64,000 bases of DNA from Eledone cirrhosa (Eukaryota): contig OZ024742.1 of NCBI GenBank assembly GCA_964016885.1, forward strand, positions 253,456,001-253,520,000, written 5' to 3'. The first letter of the stretch is position 1. Each line of letters begins with the position of its first letter. Shown here piece by piece: positions 11,201 to 24,492 of this stretch. A model generated the notes under the pieces. That model searched no databases, had not been told where the DNA came from, and was given only the letters and a program-made list of their open reading frames with translations. The position numbers and the translations under genes are program-made.

Positions 11201-14200
11201 GTGATGTTTAGTGTGGTGTAATATGGTGAGGTGTAGTGTGGTGTAGTGTGGTGTAGTGAAATTTTGTGTGGTGTAATATGGTGAGGTGTAGTGTGGTGTA
11301 GTGTGGTGTAGTGAAGTTTAGTGTGGTGTAATATGGTGAGGTGTAGTGTGGTGTAGTGTGGTGTAGTGTGGTGTAGTGTGGTGTAGTGAAGTTTAGTGTG
11401 GTGTAATATGGTGAAGTGTAGTGAGGTGTTGTGTGGTGTAGTGAAGTTTAGTGTGGTGTAATATGGTGAGGTGTAGTATGGTGTAGTGTGGTGTAGTGTG
11501 GTGTAGTGTGGTGTAGTGAAGTTTAGTGTGGCGTAATATGGTGAAGTGTAGTGAGGTGTTGTGAGGTGTAGTGTGGTGTAGTGAAGTTTAGTGTGGTGTA
11601 ATATGGTGAGGTGTAGTGTGGTGTAGTGTGGTGTAGTGTGGTGTAGTGTGGTGTAGTGAAGTTTAGTGTGGCGTAATATGGTGAAGTGTAGTGAGGTGTT
11701 GTGTGGTGTAGTGTGGTGTAGTGAAATTTAGTGTGGTGTAATATGGTGAGGTGTAGTGAGGTGTAGTGTGGTGTAGTGTGGTGTAGTGATGTTTAGTGTG
11801 GTGTAATATGGTGAGGTGTAGTGAGGTGTAGTGTGGTGTAGTGAAGTTTAGTGTGGTGTAATATGGTGAGGCGTAGTGAGGTGTAGTGTGGTGTAGTGTG
11901 GTGTAGTGAAGTTTAGTGTGGTGTAATATGGTGAGGTGTAGTGTGGTGTAGTGTGGTGTAGTGTGGTGTAGTGAAGTTTAGTGTGGTGTAATATGGTGAA
12001 GTGTAGTGAGGTGTAGTGCGGTGTAGTGTGGTGTAGTGAGGTTTAGTGTGGTGTAATATGGTGATGTGTAGTGTGGTGTAGTGTGGTGTAGTGTGGTGTA
12101 GTGAAGTTTAGTGTCGTGTAATATGGTGAGGTGTAGTGTGGTGTAGTGTGGTTTAGTGAAGTTTAGTGTGGTGTAATATGGGGAGGTGTAGTGTGGTGTA
12201 GTGTGGTGTAGCGTGGTGTAGTGAAGTTTAGTGTGGTGTAATATGGTGAGGTGTAGTGTGGTGTAGTAAAGTTTAGTGTGGTGTAATATGGTCAGGTGTA
12301 GTGTGGTGTAGTGTGGTGTAGTGTAGTGTAGTGAAGTTTAGTGTGGTGTAATATGGGGAGGTGTAGTGTGGTGTAGTGTGGTGTAGTGTAATGTAGAACA
12401 GTGAAGTTTAGTGTGGTGTAATATGGTGTGGTGTAGTGTGGTGTAGTGTAATGTAGCGCAGTGAAGTTTAGTGCAGTGTAATATGATGTGGTGTAGTGTG
12501 GTGTAGTGAGGTGTAGTGTAATGTAGAACAGTGAAGTTTAGTGTGGTGTAATATGGTGTGGTGTAGTGTAATGTAGCGCAGTGAACTTTAATGCAGTGTA
12601 ATATGGTGTGGTGTAGTGTGGTGTAGTGTGGTGTAGTGTGGTGTAGTGTAGTGTAGTGTGGTGTAGTGAAGTTTAGTGTCGTTTAGTGATGTTTAGTGTG
12701 GTGTAATATGGTGAGGTGTAGTGTGGTGTAGTGTGGTGTGGTATAGTGTGGTGTAGTGTGGTGCAATGAAGTTTAGTGTGGTGTAATATGGTGAGGTGTA
12801 GTGTGGTGTACTGAAGTTTAGTGTGGTGTAGTGATGTTTAGTGTGGTGTAATATGGTGAGGTGTAGTGAGGTGTAGTGAAGTTTAGTGTGGTGTAGTGAT
12901 GTTTAGTGTGGTGTAATATGGTGAGGTGTAGTGAGGTATAATGTGGTGTAGTGATGTTTAGTGTGGTGTAATATGGTGAGGTGTAGTGTGGTGTAGTGAT
13001 GTTTAGTGTGGTGTAATATGGTGAGGTGTAGTGTGGTGTAGTGTGGTGTAGTGAAGTTTTGTGTGGTGTAATATGGTGAGGTGTAGTGTGGTGTAGTGTG
13101 GTGTAGTGTGGTGTAGTGAAGTTTAGTGTGGTGTAATATGGTGAGGTGTAGTGTGGTGTAGTGATGTTTAGTGTGGTGTAATATGGTGAGGTGTAGTGAG
13201 GTGTAGTGTGGTGTAGTGAAGTTTAGTGTGGTGTAATATGGTGAGGTGTAGTGTGGTGTAGTGTGGTGTAGTGTGGTGTAGTGATGTTTAGTGGGGTGTA
13301 ATATGGTGAAGTGTAGTTAGGTGTAGTGTGGTGTAGTGTGGTGTAGTGAAGTTTAGTGTGGTGTAATATGGTGAGGAGTAGTGTGGTGTAGTTTGGTGTA
13401 GTGTGGTGTAGTGATGTTTAGTGTGGTGTAATATGGTGTAATATGGTGAGCTGTAGTGTGGTGTAGTGTGGTGTAGTGAAGTTTAGTGTGGTGTAATATG
13501 GTGAGGTGTAGTGAGGTGTAGTGAAGTTTAGTGTGGTGTAGTGATGTTTAGTGTGGTGTAATATGGTGAGGTGTAGTGAGGAATAATGTGGTGTAGTGAT
13601 GTTTAGTGTGGTGTAATATGGTGAGGTGTAGTGTGGTGTAGTGTGGTGTAGTGAAGTTTTGTGTGGTGTAATATGGTGAGGTGTAGTGTGGTGTAGTGTG
13701 GTGTAGTGAAGTTTAGTGTGGTGTAATATGGTGAGGTGTAGTGTAGTGTGGTGTAGTGATGTTTAGTGTGGTGTAGTGAGGTGTAGTGTGGTGTAGTGAA
13801 GTTTAGTGTGGAGTAATATGGTGAGGTGTAGTGTGGTGTAGTGTGGTGTAGTGTGGTGTAGTGAAGTTTAGTGTGGTGTAATATGGTGAGGTGTAGTGAG
13901 GTGTAGTGTGGTGTAGTGTGCTGTAGTGATGTTTAGTGTGGTGTAATATGGTGAGGAGTAGTGTGGTGTAGTGTGGTGTAGTGAGGTTTAGTGTGGTGTA
14001 ATATGGTGATGTGTAGTGTGGTGTAGTGTGGTGTAGTGATGTTTAGTGTGGTGTAATATGGTGAGGTGTAGTGAGGTGTAGTGTGGTGTAGTGAAGTTTA
14101 GTGTGGTGTAATATGGTGAGGTGTAGTGAGGTGTAGTGTGGTGTAGTGTGGTGTAGTGAAGTTTAGTGTGGTGTAATATGGTGAGGTGTAGTGCGGTGTA

Positions 14201-17200
14201 GTGTGGTGTAGTGTGGTGTAGTGAAGTTTAGTGTGGTGTAATATGTGAGGTGTAGTGTGGTGTAATATTGTGAGGTGTAGTGAGGTGTAGTGTGGAGTAG
14301 TGAAGTTTAGTGTTGTGTAATATGGTGAGGTGTAGTGTGGTGTAGTGTGGTGTAGTGAAGTTTAGTGTGGTGTAATATGGTGAAGTGTAGTGAGTTGTAG
14401 TGTGGTGTAGTGAAGTTTAGTGTGGTGTAATATGGTGAAGTGTAGTGAGGTGTAGTGCGGTGTAGTGTGGTGTAGTGAGGTTTAGTGTGGTGTAATATGG
14501 TGATGTGTAGTGTGGTGTAGTGAAGTTTAGTGTGGTGTAATATGGTGAGGTGTAGTGTGGTGTAGTGTGGTGTAGTGAAGTTTAGTGTGGTGTAATATGG
14601 TGAGGTGTAGTGTGGTGTAGTGTGGTGTAGTGAAGTTTAGTGTGGTGTAATATGGGGAGGTGTAGTGTGGTGTAGTGTGGTGTAGCATGGTGTAGTGAAG
14701 TTTAGTGTGGTGTAATATGGTGAGGTGTAGTGTGGTGTAGTAAAGTTTAGTGTGGTGTAATAAGGTCAGGTGTAGTGTGGTGTAGTGTGGTGTAGTGTAG
14801 TGTAGTGAAGTTTAGTGTGGTGTAATATGGTGAGGTGTAGTGTGGTGTAGTGTGGTGTAGTGTGGTGTAGTGAAGTTTAGTGTGGTGTAATATGGTGAGG
14901 TGTAGTGTGGTGTAGTGTGGTGTAGTGTGGTGTAATATGGGGAGGTGTAGTGTGGTGTAGTGTGGTGTAGTGAAGTTTAGTGTGGTGTAATATGGTGAGG
15001 TGTAGTGTGGTGTCGTGTGGTGTAGTGAAGTTTAGTGTGGTGTAATATGGGGAGGTGTAGTGAGGTGTAGTGTGGTGTAGTGTGGTGTAGTGAAGTTCAG
15101 TGTGGTGTAATATGGTGAGGTGTAGTGTGGTGTAGTGAAGTTTAGTGTGGTGTAATATGGTGAGGTGTAGTGCGGTGTAGTGTGGTGTAGTGTGGTGTAA
15201 TATGGGGAAGTGTAGTGTGGTGTAGTGTGGTGTAGTGTGGTGTAGTGTGGTGTAGTGAAGTTTAGTGTGGTGTAATATGGTGAGGTGTAGTGTGGTGTAG
15301 TGAAGTTTAGTGTGGTGTAATATGGTGAGGTGTAGTGTGGTGTAGTGAAGTTTAGTGTGGTGTAATATGGTGAGGTGTAGTGTGGAGTAGTGTGGTGTAA
15401 TATGGCAAGGTGTAGTGTGGTGTAGTGTGGTGTAGTGTGGTGTAGTGTGGTGTAGTGAAGTTTAGTGTGGTGTAATATGGTGTGGTGTAGTGTGGTGTAG
15501 TGTGGTGTAGTGTGGTGTAGTGAAGTTTAGTGTGGTGTAATATGTGAGGTGTAGTGTGGTGTAGTGATGTTTAGTGTGGTGTAATATGGTGAGGTGTAGT
15601 GAGGTGTAGTGTGGTGTAGTGAAGTTTAGTGTTGTGTAATATGGTGAGGTGTAGTGTGGTGTAGTGTGGTGTAGTGAAGTTTAGTGTGGTGTAATATGGT
15701 GAAGTGTAGTGAGTTGTAGTGTGGTGTAGTGAAGTTTAGTGTGGTGTAATATGGTGAAGTGTAGTGAGGTGTAGTGCGGTGTAGTGTGGTGTAGTGAGGT
15801 TTAGTGTGGTGTAATATGGTGATGTGTAGTGTGGTGTAGTGTGGTGTAGTGTGGTGTAGTGAAGTTTAGTGTGGTGTAATATGGTGAGGTGTAGTGTGGT
15901 GTAGTAAAGTTTAGTGTGGTGTAATAAGGTCAGGTGTAGTGTGGTGTAGTGTGGTGTAGTGTAGTGTAGTGAAGTTTAGTGTGGTGTAATATGGTGAGGT
16001 GTAGTGTGGTGTAGTGTGGTGTAATATGGGGAGGTGTAGTGTGGTGTAGTGTGGTGTAGTGAAGTTTAGTGTGGTGTAATATGGTGAGGTGTAGTGTGGT
16101 GTCGTGTGGTGTAGTGAAGTTTAGTGTGGTGTAATATGAGGAGGTGTAGTGAGGTGTAGTGTGGTGTAGTGTGGTGTAGTGAAGTTTAGTGTGGTGTAAT
16201 ATGGTGAGGTGTAGTGTGGTGTAGTGAAGTTTAGTGTGGTGTAATATGGTGAGGTGTAGTGTGGTGTAGTGTGGTGTAGTGTGGTGTAATATGGGGAGGT
16301 GTAGTGTGGTGTAGTGTGGTGTAGTGTGGTGTAGTGTGGTGCAGTGTGGTGTAGTGAAGTTTAGTGTGGTGTAATATGGTGAGGTGTAGTGTGGTGTAGT
16401 GAAGTTTAGTGTGGTGTAATATGGTGAGGTGTAGTGTGGTGTAGTGTGGTGTAGTGAAGTTTAGTGTGGTGTAATATGGTGAGGTGTAGTGTGGTGTAGT
16501 GTGGTGTAGTGTGGTGTAGTGAAGTTTAGTGTGGTGTAATATAGTGAGGTGTAGTGTGGTGTAGTGTGGTGTAATATAGTGAGGTGTAGTGTGGTGTAGT
16601 GTGGTGTAGTGTGGTGTAGTGAAGTTTAGTATGGTGTAATATGGTGAGGTGTAGTGTGGTGTAGTGAAGTTTAGTGTGGTGTAATATGGTGAGGTGTAGT
16701 GTGGTGTAGTGTGGTGTAGTGTGGTGTAGTGAAGTTTAGTGTGGTGTAATATAGTGAGGTGTAGTGTGGTGTAGTGTGGTGTAATATAGTGAGGTGTAGT
16801 GTGGTGTAGTGTGGTGTAGTGTGGTGTAGTGAAGTTTAGTATGGTGTAATATGGTGAGGTGTAGTGTGGTGTAGTGAAGTTTAGTGTGGTGTAATATGGT
16901 GAGGTGTAGTGTGGTGTAGTGAAGTTTAGTGTGGTGTAATATGGTGAGGTGTAGTGTGGTGTAGTGCGGTGTAATATGGCGAGGTGTAGTGTGGTGTAGT
17001 GTGGTGTAGTGAAGTTTAGTGTGGTGTAATATGGTGTGGTGTAGTGTGGTGTAGTGTGGTGTAGTGTGGTGTAATATGGCGAGGTGTAGTGTGGTGTAGT
17101 GTGGTGTAGTGAAGTTTAGTGTGGTGTAATAGAGTGTGGTGTAGAGTGGTGTAGTGTGGTGTAGTGAAGTTTAGTTTGTTGTAATATGGTGAGGTGTAGT

Positions 17201-17560
17201 GTGGTGTAGTGAAGTTTAGTGTGGTGTAATATGGTGTGGTGTAGTGTGGTGTAGTGTGGTGTAGTGAAGTTTAGTGTGGTGTAATATGGTGTGGTGTAGT
17301 GTGGTGTAGTGTGGTGTAGTGTGGTGTAATATGGTGAGGTGTAGTGTGGTGTAGAGTGGTGTAGTGTGGTGTAGTGAAGTTTAGTTTGTTGTAATATGGT
17401 GAGGTGTAGTGTGGTGTAGTGAAGTTTAGTGTGGTGTAATATGGTGAGGTGTAGTGTGGTGTAGTGTGGTGTAGTGTGGTGTAGTGTGGTGTAGTGAGAT
17501 GTAGTATAGTGGGATGTGGTGTGATGTGGTGTGGTGTAGAATAGTGTGGCGTAGTGTAGT
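8221..17560. repeat. 9.3-kb satellite built from 5-bp words (GTGTA, GTGTG, GTGAA, GTTTA, ATATG, GTGAG) with kb-scale higher-order duplications
   Basis: Direct reading. The rare variant GCACAGTCAA occurs at 8441 and 9451 (1010-bp period), and the same 1-bp deletion ATATGTGAGG occurs at ~14241 and ~15540. Confidence 0.98.
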
Positions 17561-17883
17561 GATGAGGATAATGATGACAACGATGATGATGTCGACGACG
17601 ACAACGACAAAGACGAGGATGACAATGACAACGATGATGACGATGACGACGAAAACGACAATGATGACAATGGTGATGATGATGACCAAGACGACGACGA
17701 TGATGATAATGAAGATGATGACGATGACGACGAAAACGATGATGATGATGATAATGATGATGACGATGACGACAACAACGATGATGTTGATGAATATGAT
17801 GATGAAGACGATGACGACGAAAACGATGATGACGATGACGACAACGACGACAACGATGATAATGATGATGATGCTGATGATAA
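17561..17883. repeat. Degenerate (GAT/GAC/AAC)n trinucleotide repeat
   Basis: Direct reading. Confidence 0.95.
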
Positions 17884-18035
17884 TATCTCTTGACGTCAAT
17901 GTTGTTCTCTATATTCTCTACTGAAGAAACAACAGACATGTTTCCAAACCTTTTGTTACAAACAATAATTCAACATTTTCAACTTCAATAATATGGAGAA
18001 ATATAGAAGATAGAGGGGTAAAAAGCTCAGGAAGT

Positions 18036-18432
18036 ATTGTTGATGTTGTTGTTGTGTTCGGGGTTGTTGTTGTTGTTGTTGTTATTGTTGTGTTTGGGGT
18101 TGGTTGTTGTTGTCGTTGTTGTATGTTTATGGTTTTGTTGTTGTTGTTGTTGTTGTGTTTGGGGTTTTGTTGTTGTTGTTGCTGTTGTTATTGTGGTTGT
18201 GTGTTTGGGGTTTGCTGTTGTTGTTGTTGTGTGTTTTGGGTTTTGTTGTTGTTGTTGTTGTTATTGTTATTGTTGCTGTTTATTGTGGTTGTGTGTTTGG
18301 GGTTTGTTGTTGTTGTTGTTATTGTTGTTGTGTGTTTGGGGTTTTGTTGTTGTTGTTGGGTGTTTGGGGTTTTGTTGTTGCTAATTTTGTTGTTGTGTGT
18401 TATTAGAGTTGTTGTCATTGTTGTTGTTTGGG
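18036..18432. repeat. Degenerate (GTT)n repeat with interspersed GTGTTTGGGG
   Basis: Direct reading. Confidence 0.95.
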
Positions 18433-18725
18433 TATAGTTTTGTTTCTATTTTTGAACTTTTGAATTTTTTTTCATGGTGGGTGAAAAACCCATATTTCTG
18501 TTATCATATCTTCCATTCTCACCTGACCTTGATTAATGTGAGTTAAAACAAAAATTTATATATATATTTTTTTATTTTCCAACAGCCCCTCCAGAAAATT
18601 GCATGTAAAACTTATGTATATGTATATATATATATATATGCATGTATTATATGTATATGTATATATGCATGTATATATATATGTATATATATGTATGTAT
18701 ATATGTATAAATGTATATATATATA

Positions 18726-18781
<56 letters not shown>

Positions 18782-18837
18782 TAAATATATATGTATATAT
18801 ATATATGTATATATATATATGTATATATATATATATT

Positions 18838-18871
<34 letters not shown>

Positions 18872-19016
18872 CATATATATATATATATATATATATTCAT
18901 ATATATATGTATATATATATGTATATATATATATGTATATATAATATATATATATTATATATATATATATAAATATAATATATATATATATAATATATAT
19001 ATATATTTGTATATAT

Positions 19017-19087
<71 letters not shown>

Positions 19088-19449
19088 ATATAATATATAT
19101 ATATATACATATATATATAATATATATATATACATATATTTATATATATATATTTATATATATTTATATATATATATATGTAAATATATAAAAGATATAA
19201 ATGTGCTAGTTCTCTGAATTACATGAGTAAAAAAAGGTAGACAATATATGATGTGATAATACTTCTTGCTACTGCTGCTGAGTTGTTTCTTCTTCTTCTT
19301 CTTCTTCTTCTTCTTCTTCTTCTTCTTCTTCTTCTTTCACTTTATGGTTATTGTTATTGTGTGTGAGAGTTTGTTGTTACTTTTCTTTATGCATATTTAA
19401 CAGATAAAAATATATTGCTCCAGCATATGATAATAATGATAAACACAAA

Positions 19450-19486
<37 letters not shown>

Positions 19487-19629
19487 ACAATGATAATACC
19501 GGTAAAACAACCAAGAACGCCAACACGGGATGGTGTACTTACATATGTATGTGTATATATAAATAAATAAATATATATATATATATACATATATACATAT
19601 ATATATATAGGTATATATATGAATATATA

Positions 19630-19676
<47 letters not shown>

Positions 19677-19774
19677 ATAAATACACACACATTCATATAT
19701 CTATCTATCTATATATATATAGAGAGAGAGATAGATAGATATATACACATATATGTATATATATATATATATAT

Positions 19775-19805
<31 letters not shown>

Positions 19806-19806
19806 G

Positions 19807-19963
<157 letters not shown>

Positions 19964-19981
19964 GTATATATATATATATAT

Positions 19982-20320
19982 GGAGGCACATGGCTTAGTG
20001 GTTAGAGCATTGGCCTTGCAATCGAAAGGTTGTGAGTTAAATTCTCAGACCGGGTGATGTGTTGTTTCCTTGAGCAAGACACTTTATTTCACATTGCTCC
20101 AGTTTACTCAGCTGTAGAAATGAGATGATAGGGACTGGGGTCCATATCATTCCACTGCAAAGTGGTCGTGGAGGTGCCACGGCAAAAAAGCACCCAGCAC
20201 TCACTGTAAATGAGGTTGGTGTTAGGAAGGGCATCCAGCTGTAGAAATCAAGCCAGAATCAGTTCCCATCCCACCCTTGCAAGCAGGGAAAAAGTGGACG
20301 TTAAATGAAATGAAATGAAA
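19982..20320 (+). mobile_element. SINE family A, full length (tRNA-like head, central domain, RTE-type tail)
   Basis: A box TGGCTTAGTGG and B-box-like GAGTT(C/A)AATTC. Tail CCCACCCTTGCAAGCAGGGAAAAG matches the RTE 3' end at 29262-29320. Near-identical copies occur elsewhere in the window. Confidence 0.93.
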
Positions 20321-20324
20321 TATG

Positions 20325-20368
<44 letters not shown>

Positions 20369-20372
<4 letters not shown>

Positions 20373-20462
20373 CAGTCCTATGCGAGCAAGACAACCACTC
20401 TTGCCTCAAGTGGGAAAACCCCCGTCCAAACCCATGCAAGCGTGGAACACGGACGCTAAACC

Positions 20463-20492
<30 letters not shown>
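20369..20492 (+). mobile_element. Isolated RTE-type 3' tail ending in (TGA)n
   Basis: Reverse complement of 27190-27305. Confidence 0.8.
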
Positions 20493-20493
<1 letters not shown>

Positions 20494-20702
20494 ATATATA
20501 ATGTCCGCCTTCCATTCTCTTTACTAAATTTACTCTTAAATGTCTCTTGCCTATAACATTCTTCTCTGTCTTTTTCCCCCATCTTGCCTGATGAACTTTC
20601 TTTGTTGTTTATTCATTTTCGCTTTTCATACCCTGCACCCATCTGATTTTAAAAAAATCTTCTTTTAATGTCTTCATCTTCCTTTCCTTTTTTGTATATT
20701 TC

Positions 20703-20824
<122 letters not shown>

Positions 20825-20896
20825 ATAATAATAAATGTGAAGAAAGACTAAAATCCAAAGAGGGCTTGATAAGGATAAATATATATCAAATATATT

Positions 20897-21042
20897 AGAT
20901 CCCGTTAAGGGTGAAAGCAGCGATTCTTTGCTTAAACTTTAATCTGTTATTTTAATATATATATATATATATAAATTTATTTATTAAAATAGCAGATTAA
21001 AGTTTAAGCAAAGAATCGCTGCTTTCACCCTTAACGGGATCT
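20897..21042. repeat. Inverted repeat, ~60-bp arms around a TA-rich spacer
   Basis: AGATCCCGTTAAGGGTGAAAGCAGCGATTCTTTGCTTAAACTTTAATCTG(T/C)TATTTTAATA and its reverse complement. Confidence 0.93.
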
Positions 21043-24000
21043 TCTGAAACTAAAAAAATCAATCTGTGAACGCAGAAGTAAATATTTAGAAAAACGTTGC
21101 AACCAAAGGAAAACAGGAAGACGATACTTTGGTTCGTGGAGACATTCCCTGGCAATGAACGGAAAAAAGCGAAGATAATACGTCATTATATGGAGTCGAA
21201 ACAACGTTTATGGTATAAATGAAGTTGTACACTAATATTCTATTTAGGAAACCGAATGATTCTCGGCTTCAGAGTTAAGAATAATGTAAATAAATTAGTA
21301 GAACGAAAATGACAGACGTTATTGAAATCAACAATAATTAAATATATATATATATAACGCATCCATATAACCACCATACCCATGCATACGCGAAAACACC
21401 CGCCATGATATGCATATACAAGCACGTACATATAAACACGCGCACACATACGAAAACCCGCGCGACACCTGTACCCGTACACATACGAACGTATACACCA
21501 AATACACATGAAATATATATATGCGTGTATGTGCGTGCATACATATAATTATATAAACGTATATAAATATACACACATAAATACGTATATAACGCACGCA
21601 CACACATTACTACAGGTAAATACACATATGTTCACTAAACATACGTCAACCAAAATACAAAGTACACATATACACACCTTACATACGTGCAAACCCGCAT
21701 ACACACACACAAACACAAAATACACATATACACATAACCATATACACATGTACCAGTATATAAAATATAATATATATACCTATAACAAATACAAGCAAAT
21801 ATACGGGTAATGTATACTTACCTATACAAATAAGTAAAAGTATAAACATAAAATAAACTTAGCTACCACATCAAGACGTAAATTATCCGCGTATTGTTCG
21901 TATTATCCGTTAGGGTATAATGTGGGGCTATAATACTGGAAAGTTTTATGCAATTTATATTTACAAGCCGAAATTGCCTCATTTTTTTGTTTAAGATCTG
22001 GTGATTGGCTAGAGTATTTCCAGGGCTTCAGCGGCACAAAAATCGCATGGTCTTTTATTTCCGTTATACGATCTAGCGTTAGCTAGGATCTGCCAGTGTA
22101 ACTTATATTGGGTGTGGTTGTCTTTTAGACTCCAGATATAAGCTGAAAGTGACGTCATATTCCTTCTTAAAGGGTTCTTAGAGGGTAACGAAAAGAATGA
22201 GTATGCATGTAAAGACGCTGCTTGAATCTATTGGCGGTTAACCCTATGTAGGCCCTACGGGTCGTGGGTGTTTCAACCTTACATTTGTAGACAATGTTAC
22301 TAGAGAGGCATTTCCCGGATAGGGGGCAGTCAACCCGATTCCTACAATTACAGTTAGTACAGGTTTGCACGTGTTCCTTCGGCTAGGTAATTTAGCTAAA
22401 TTTGAAGCAGTGATGTTATGTGCAAGGCTAGGAGTCGTAGAGTAAGAAATTTTAATAGTATTTCTATTAAAAGTGTTATTCTATATATGTGCTGTGGGGG
22501 GAAATTTTTCTTATAAAGGGAGAGAAAGATCTTAGTTAATGGTGTGGCCATCTCCATATTATATGGTGGGTTATACCATATAATGCGTCGGGATCTATTT
22601 TCCCTTTGGTCTAGGCGCATACTTAGTATATGCTACCTTATCGACAAATACACTCCAAGCAAGAGCTTCATTGTAATATGTGGAATGGTCGGTGAAAATA
22701 TGCTCGTTTGTAGATAGACGGGAAAGCCTCAAAGAAACGTTTCTTACCAGGTTCTGGCAGGATGGTTAGACTGCTTATTGATGTAATTAAGCGTATCATT
22801 CGGCTTTCTATACGAGTAGTGCAAGCCATTCGATAAATTGAGGGTAACGTCGGGGTAATTAACGACCGAGAGGTTGGCCTCAACCTCTATGCAGAGGTTG
22901 AAACCTTTAAAGAAGGCTGTGAGTTATTTTCTGAACCTGTCGCAAGCGCGTAGACCGTTCTTTGTCATGGTCAAAAGAATGTCATCACGGTACAAACCAC
23001 CGCCCATATTGGGGAATTCTTCCTTGATAGAGAAAAGAAGGAAAATGCCAATAAGATCAGTAACCTCCGCGGAATAAACTGGCGCACATACTAACGTCGA
23101 ATGTGGTACTATTAGATTTTTTAATCCAAATAGAGTCGTCGAAATTAATCACCGACTTACGGGCATTGAGGATGAGATCAACTTCGAAATCCTTAACCAC
23201 GGGGCGCGTTTTAGCGAAATTGATAGCTCTAAGAAGAAGTGGTAAAGTGATGGAGGAATAGTAATTATTGATGTCGAATTGGATAAAACGGCAATGTTCC
23301 TTGTTGCATATGCCATTGAACCAATCAATCACCGCAAAAGAATTGTTCCACAGTGCAAGAGAGGCCAAGCTTCTAATTTCCTTTTACTAAGTCAACCTAA
23401 ATCGGACTTCATAGGGTTAATAAGCCGAATAGAGGGGTTGTTGGCGAAATTGGGTTTGTGCTCCTTCAGGGTAAAGTGGGGAGAAATAGTGTCCAGAGGT
23501 TCAGTCCGGTCCTGGATGTTGAGTACAGAGGTAATTTTAAACCCAGCATCTTTGATGTCATTAATGACACTCCGATTAGTTTTCCGGTAATCCTTAGTTA
23601 CAGCATTATGTAGCAGTTGATGTAAGTACTGCGCTCCATTTGATATAGATTGCCAGTTTTGTCGGAGAGGACGTGCACGGCATTAGAATCCTTAATAGAA
23701 CTAATTCTATTCTTTAGGTCCTGCTGGAAGGAATTGCTCCTATTCCGAAATTTGATACTACGTATGAGTTCCAAGACATCGTTTTCGAAGGGTAGCAATG
23801 CTGGCTTACTCGGAGGGTTATTATAAGTTTTAAACCCAAATTTATCATGCTTATTGTCCACTTTTTCCTGATTATCGAAATAAAAGGCACGCCAACGCAA
23901 CCTTTTAATGAACGAGTCCGTTTTCTGTATCAGGAGTTTTAGGTATGTCTTCCTGCTTGGTACGGGTATGTTCTTTGTAGAAATATTCAGATGTTGTTTC

Positions 24001-24063
24001 TGCATGATGAATATAAGTCAACAGAGTGCTCAACCGAGGGAACCAAATAGTAATAATAATAAA

Positions 24064-24492
24064 TTTGATACCCGGACAGAACTAAATCTGTTTCGCAAGA
24101 ATTATTAAGTGAAAGCCACCATTCCTGTGCTCTACTGCGGTATCCAGGAAATTCGTACCTTTCACATCAAAGGATCTAAGAAGACTGAACTATGTTTTGA
24201 TATAAAAGCACGTGTTGCAGCGCCTAGCGCGTCTCATACTCATGCCGCTAAAAATAGCATTCTCGGCTCCATACGTAGAGCTAATTTTAGTCTCATAAAA
24301 CCGGCTGCTATTTTTAACGGCATGAGTATGAGACGCGCTAGGCGCTGCAACATGTGCTTTTATATCAACACATAGTTCAGTCTTCTTAGTTCTTTTGAAG
24401 TGAAAGGTACGAATTTCCTGGATACCCACAGGAATGGTGGCTTTCACATAATAATTCTTGCGATACAGATTTAGATCTGTCCGGGTATCAAA
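24064..24492. repeat. Large palindrome (arms 24064-24259 and 24306-24492, 46-bp spacer), interpreted as the pLTR plus its inverted copy
   Basis: The arms are reverse complements, giving mirror ORFs 24109+ and 24447-. There is a 9-bp indel between the arms. Confidence 0.95.
24067..24144 (-). ncRNA. Degenerate type I hammerhead in the PLE pLTR
   Basis: Minus strand: GATACCG / CGGGTATC stem I; mutated core CAGTAGA; stem II GCA..AGGAAT / ATTCTTGC; GAAACAGA-tttagt-TCTGTC. Confidence 0.55.

Larger units (their letters stand above)
21905..24492 (-). mobile_element. Penelope-like element, Naiad-type, near full length, frameshifted
   Basis: N-terminus STKNIPVPSRKTY..LRWRAFYF (23598-24005); RT motifs FIQFDINNYYSSI and GGGLYRDD (~22975-23003); RRIIWYNPPY; CNCRNRVDCPLSGKC linker; GIY-YIG IVYKC..AYIGLT..FKQR; C-terminal CDFC..E..LNKKNE..C. 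Confidence 0.92.

Noticed and set aside
8221-17560. Telomeric array
   Set aside because: It contains TTAGTG within longer units, not tandem TTAGGG.
17116-17939. Long Ser-, His- or Thr-rich ORFs
   Set aside because: They lie almost entirely in satellite and triplet repeats, with no splice or homology support.
19982-20055. Possible tRNA gene (GCA anticodon-like loop)
   Set aside because: It has no proper acceptor stem or terminator and continues into a multi-copy SINE body.
21010-21050. Possible hammerhead (minus strand CAGAAGATCCCGTTAAGGGTGAAAG)
   Set aside because: The core is mutated and I could not form stems I and III or an NUH site.
24109-24447. Two similar 85-88 aa ORFs on opposite strands
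   Set aside because: An artefact of the palindrome.
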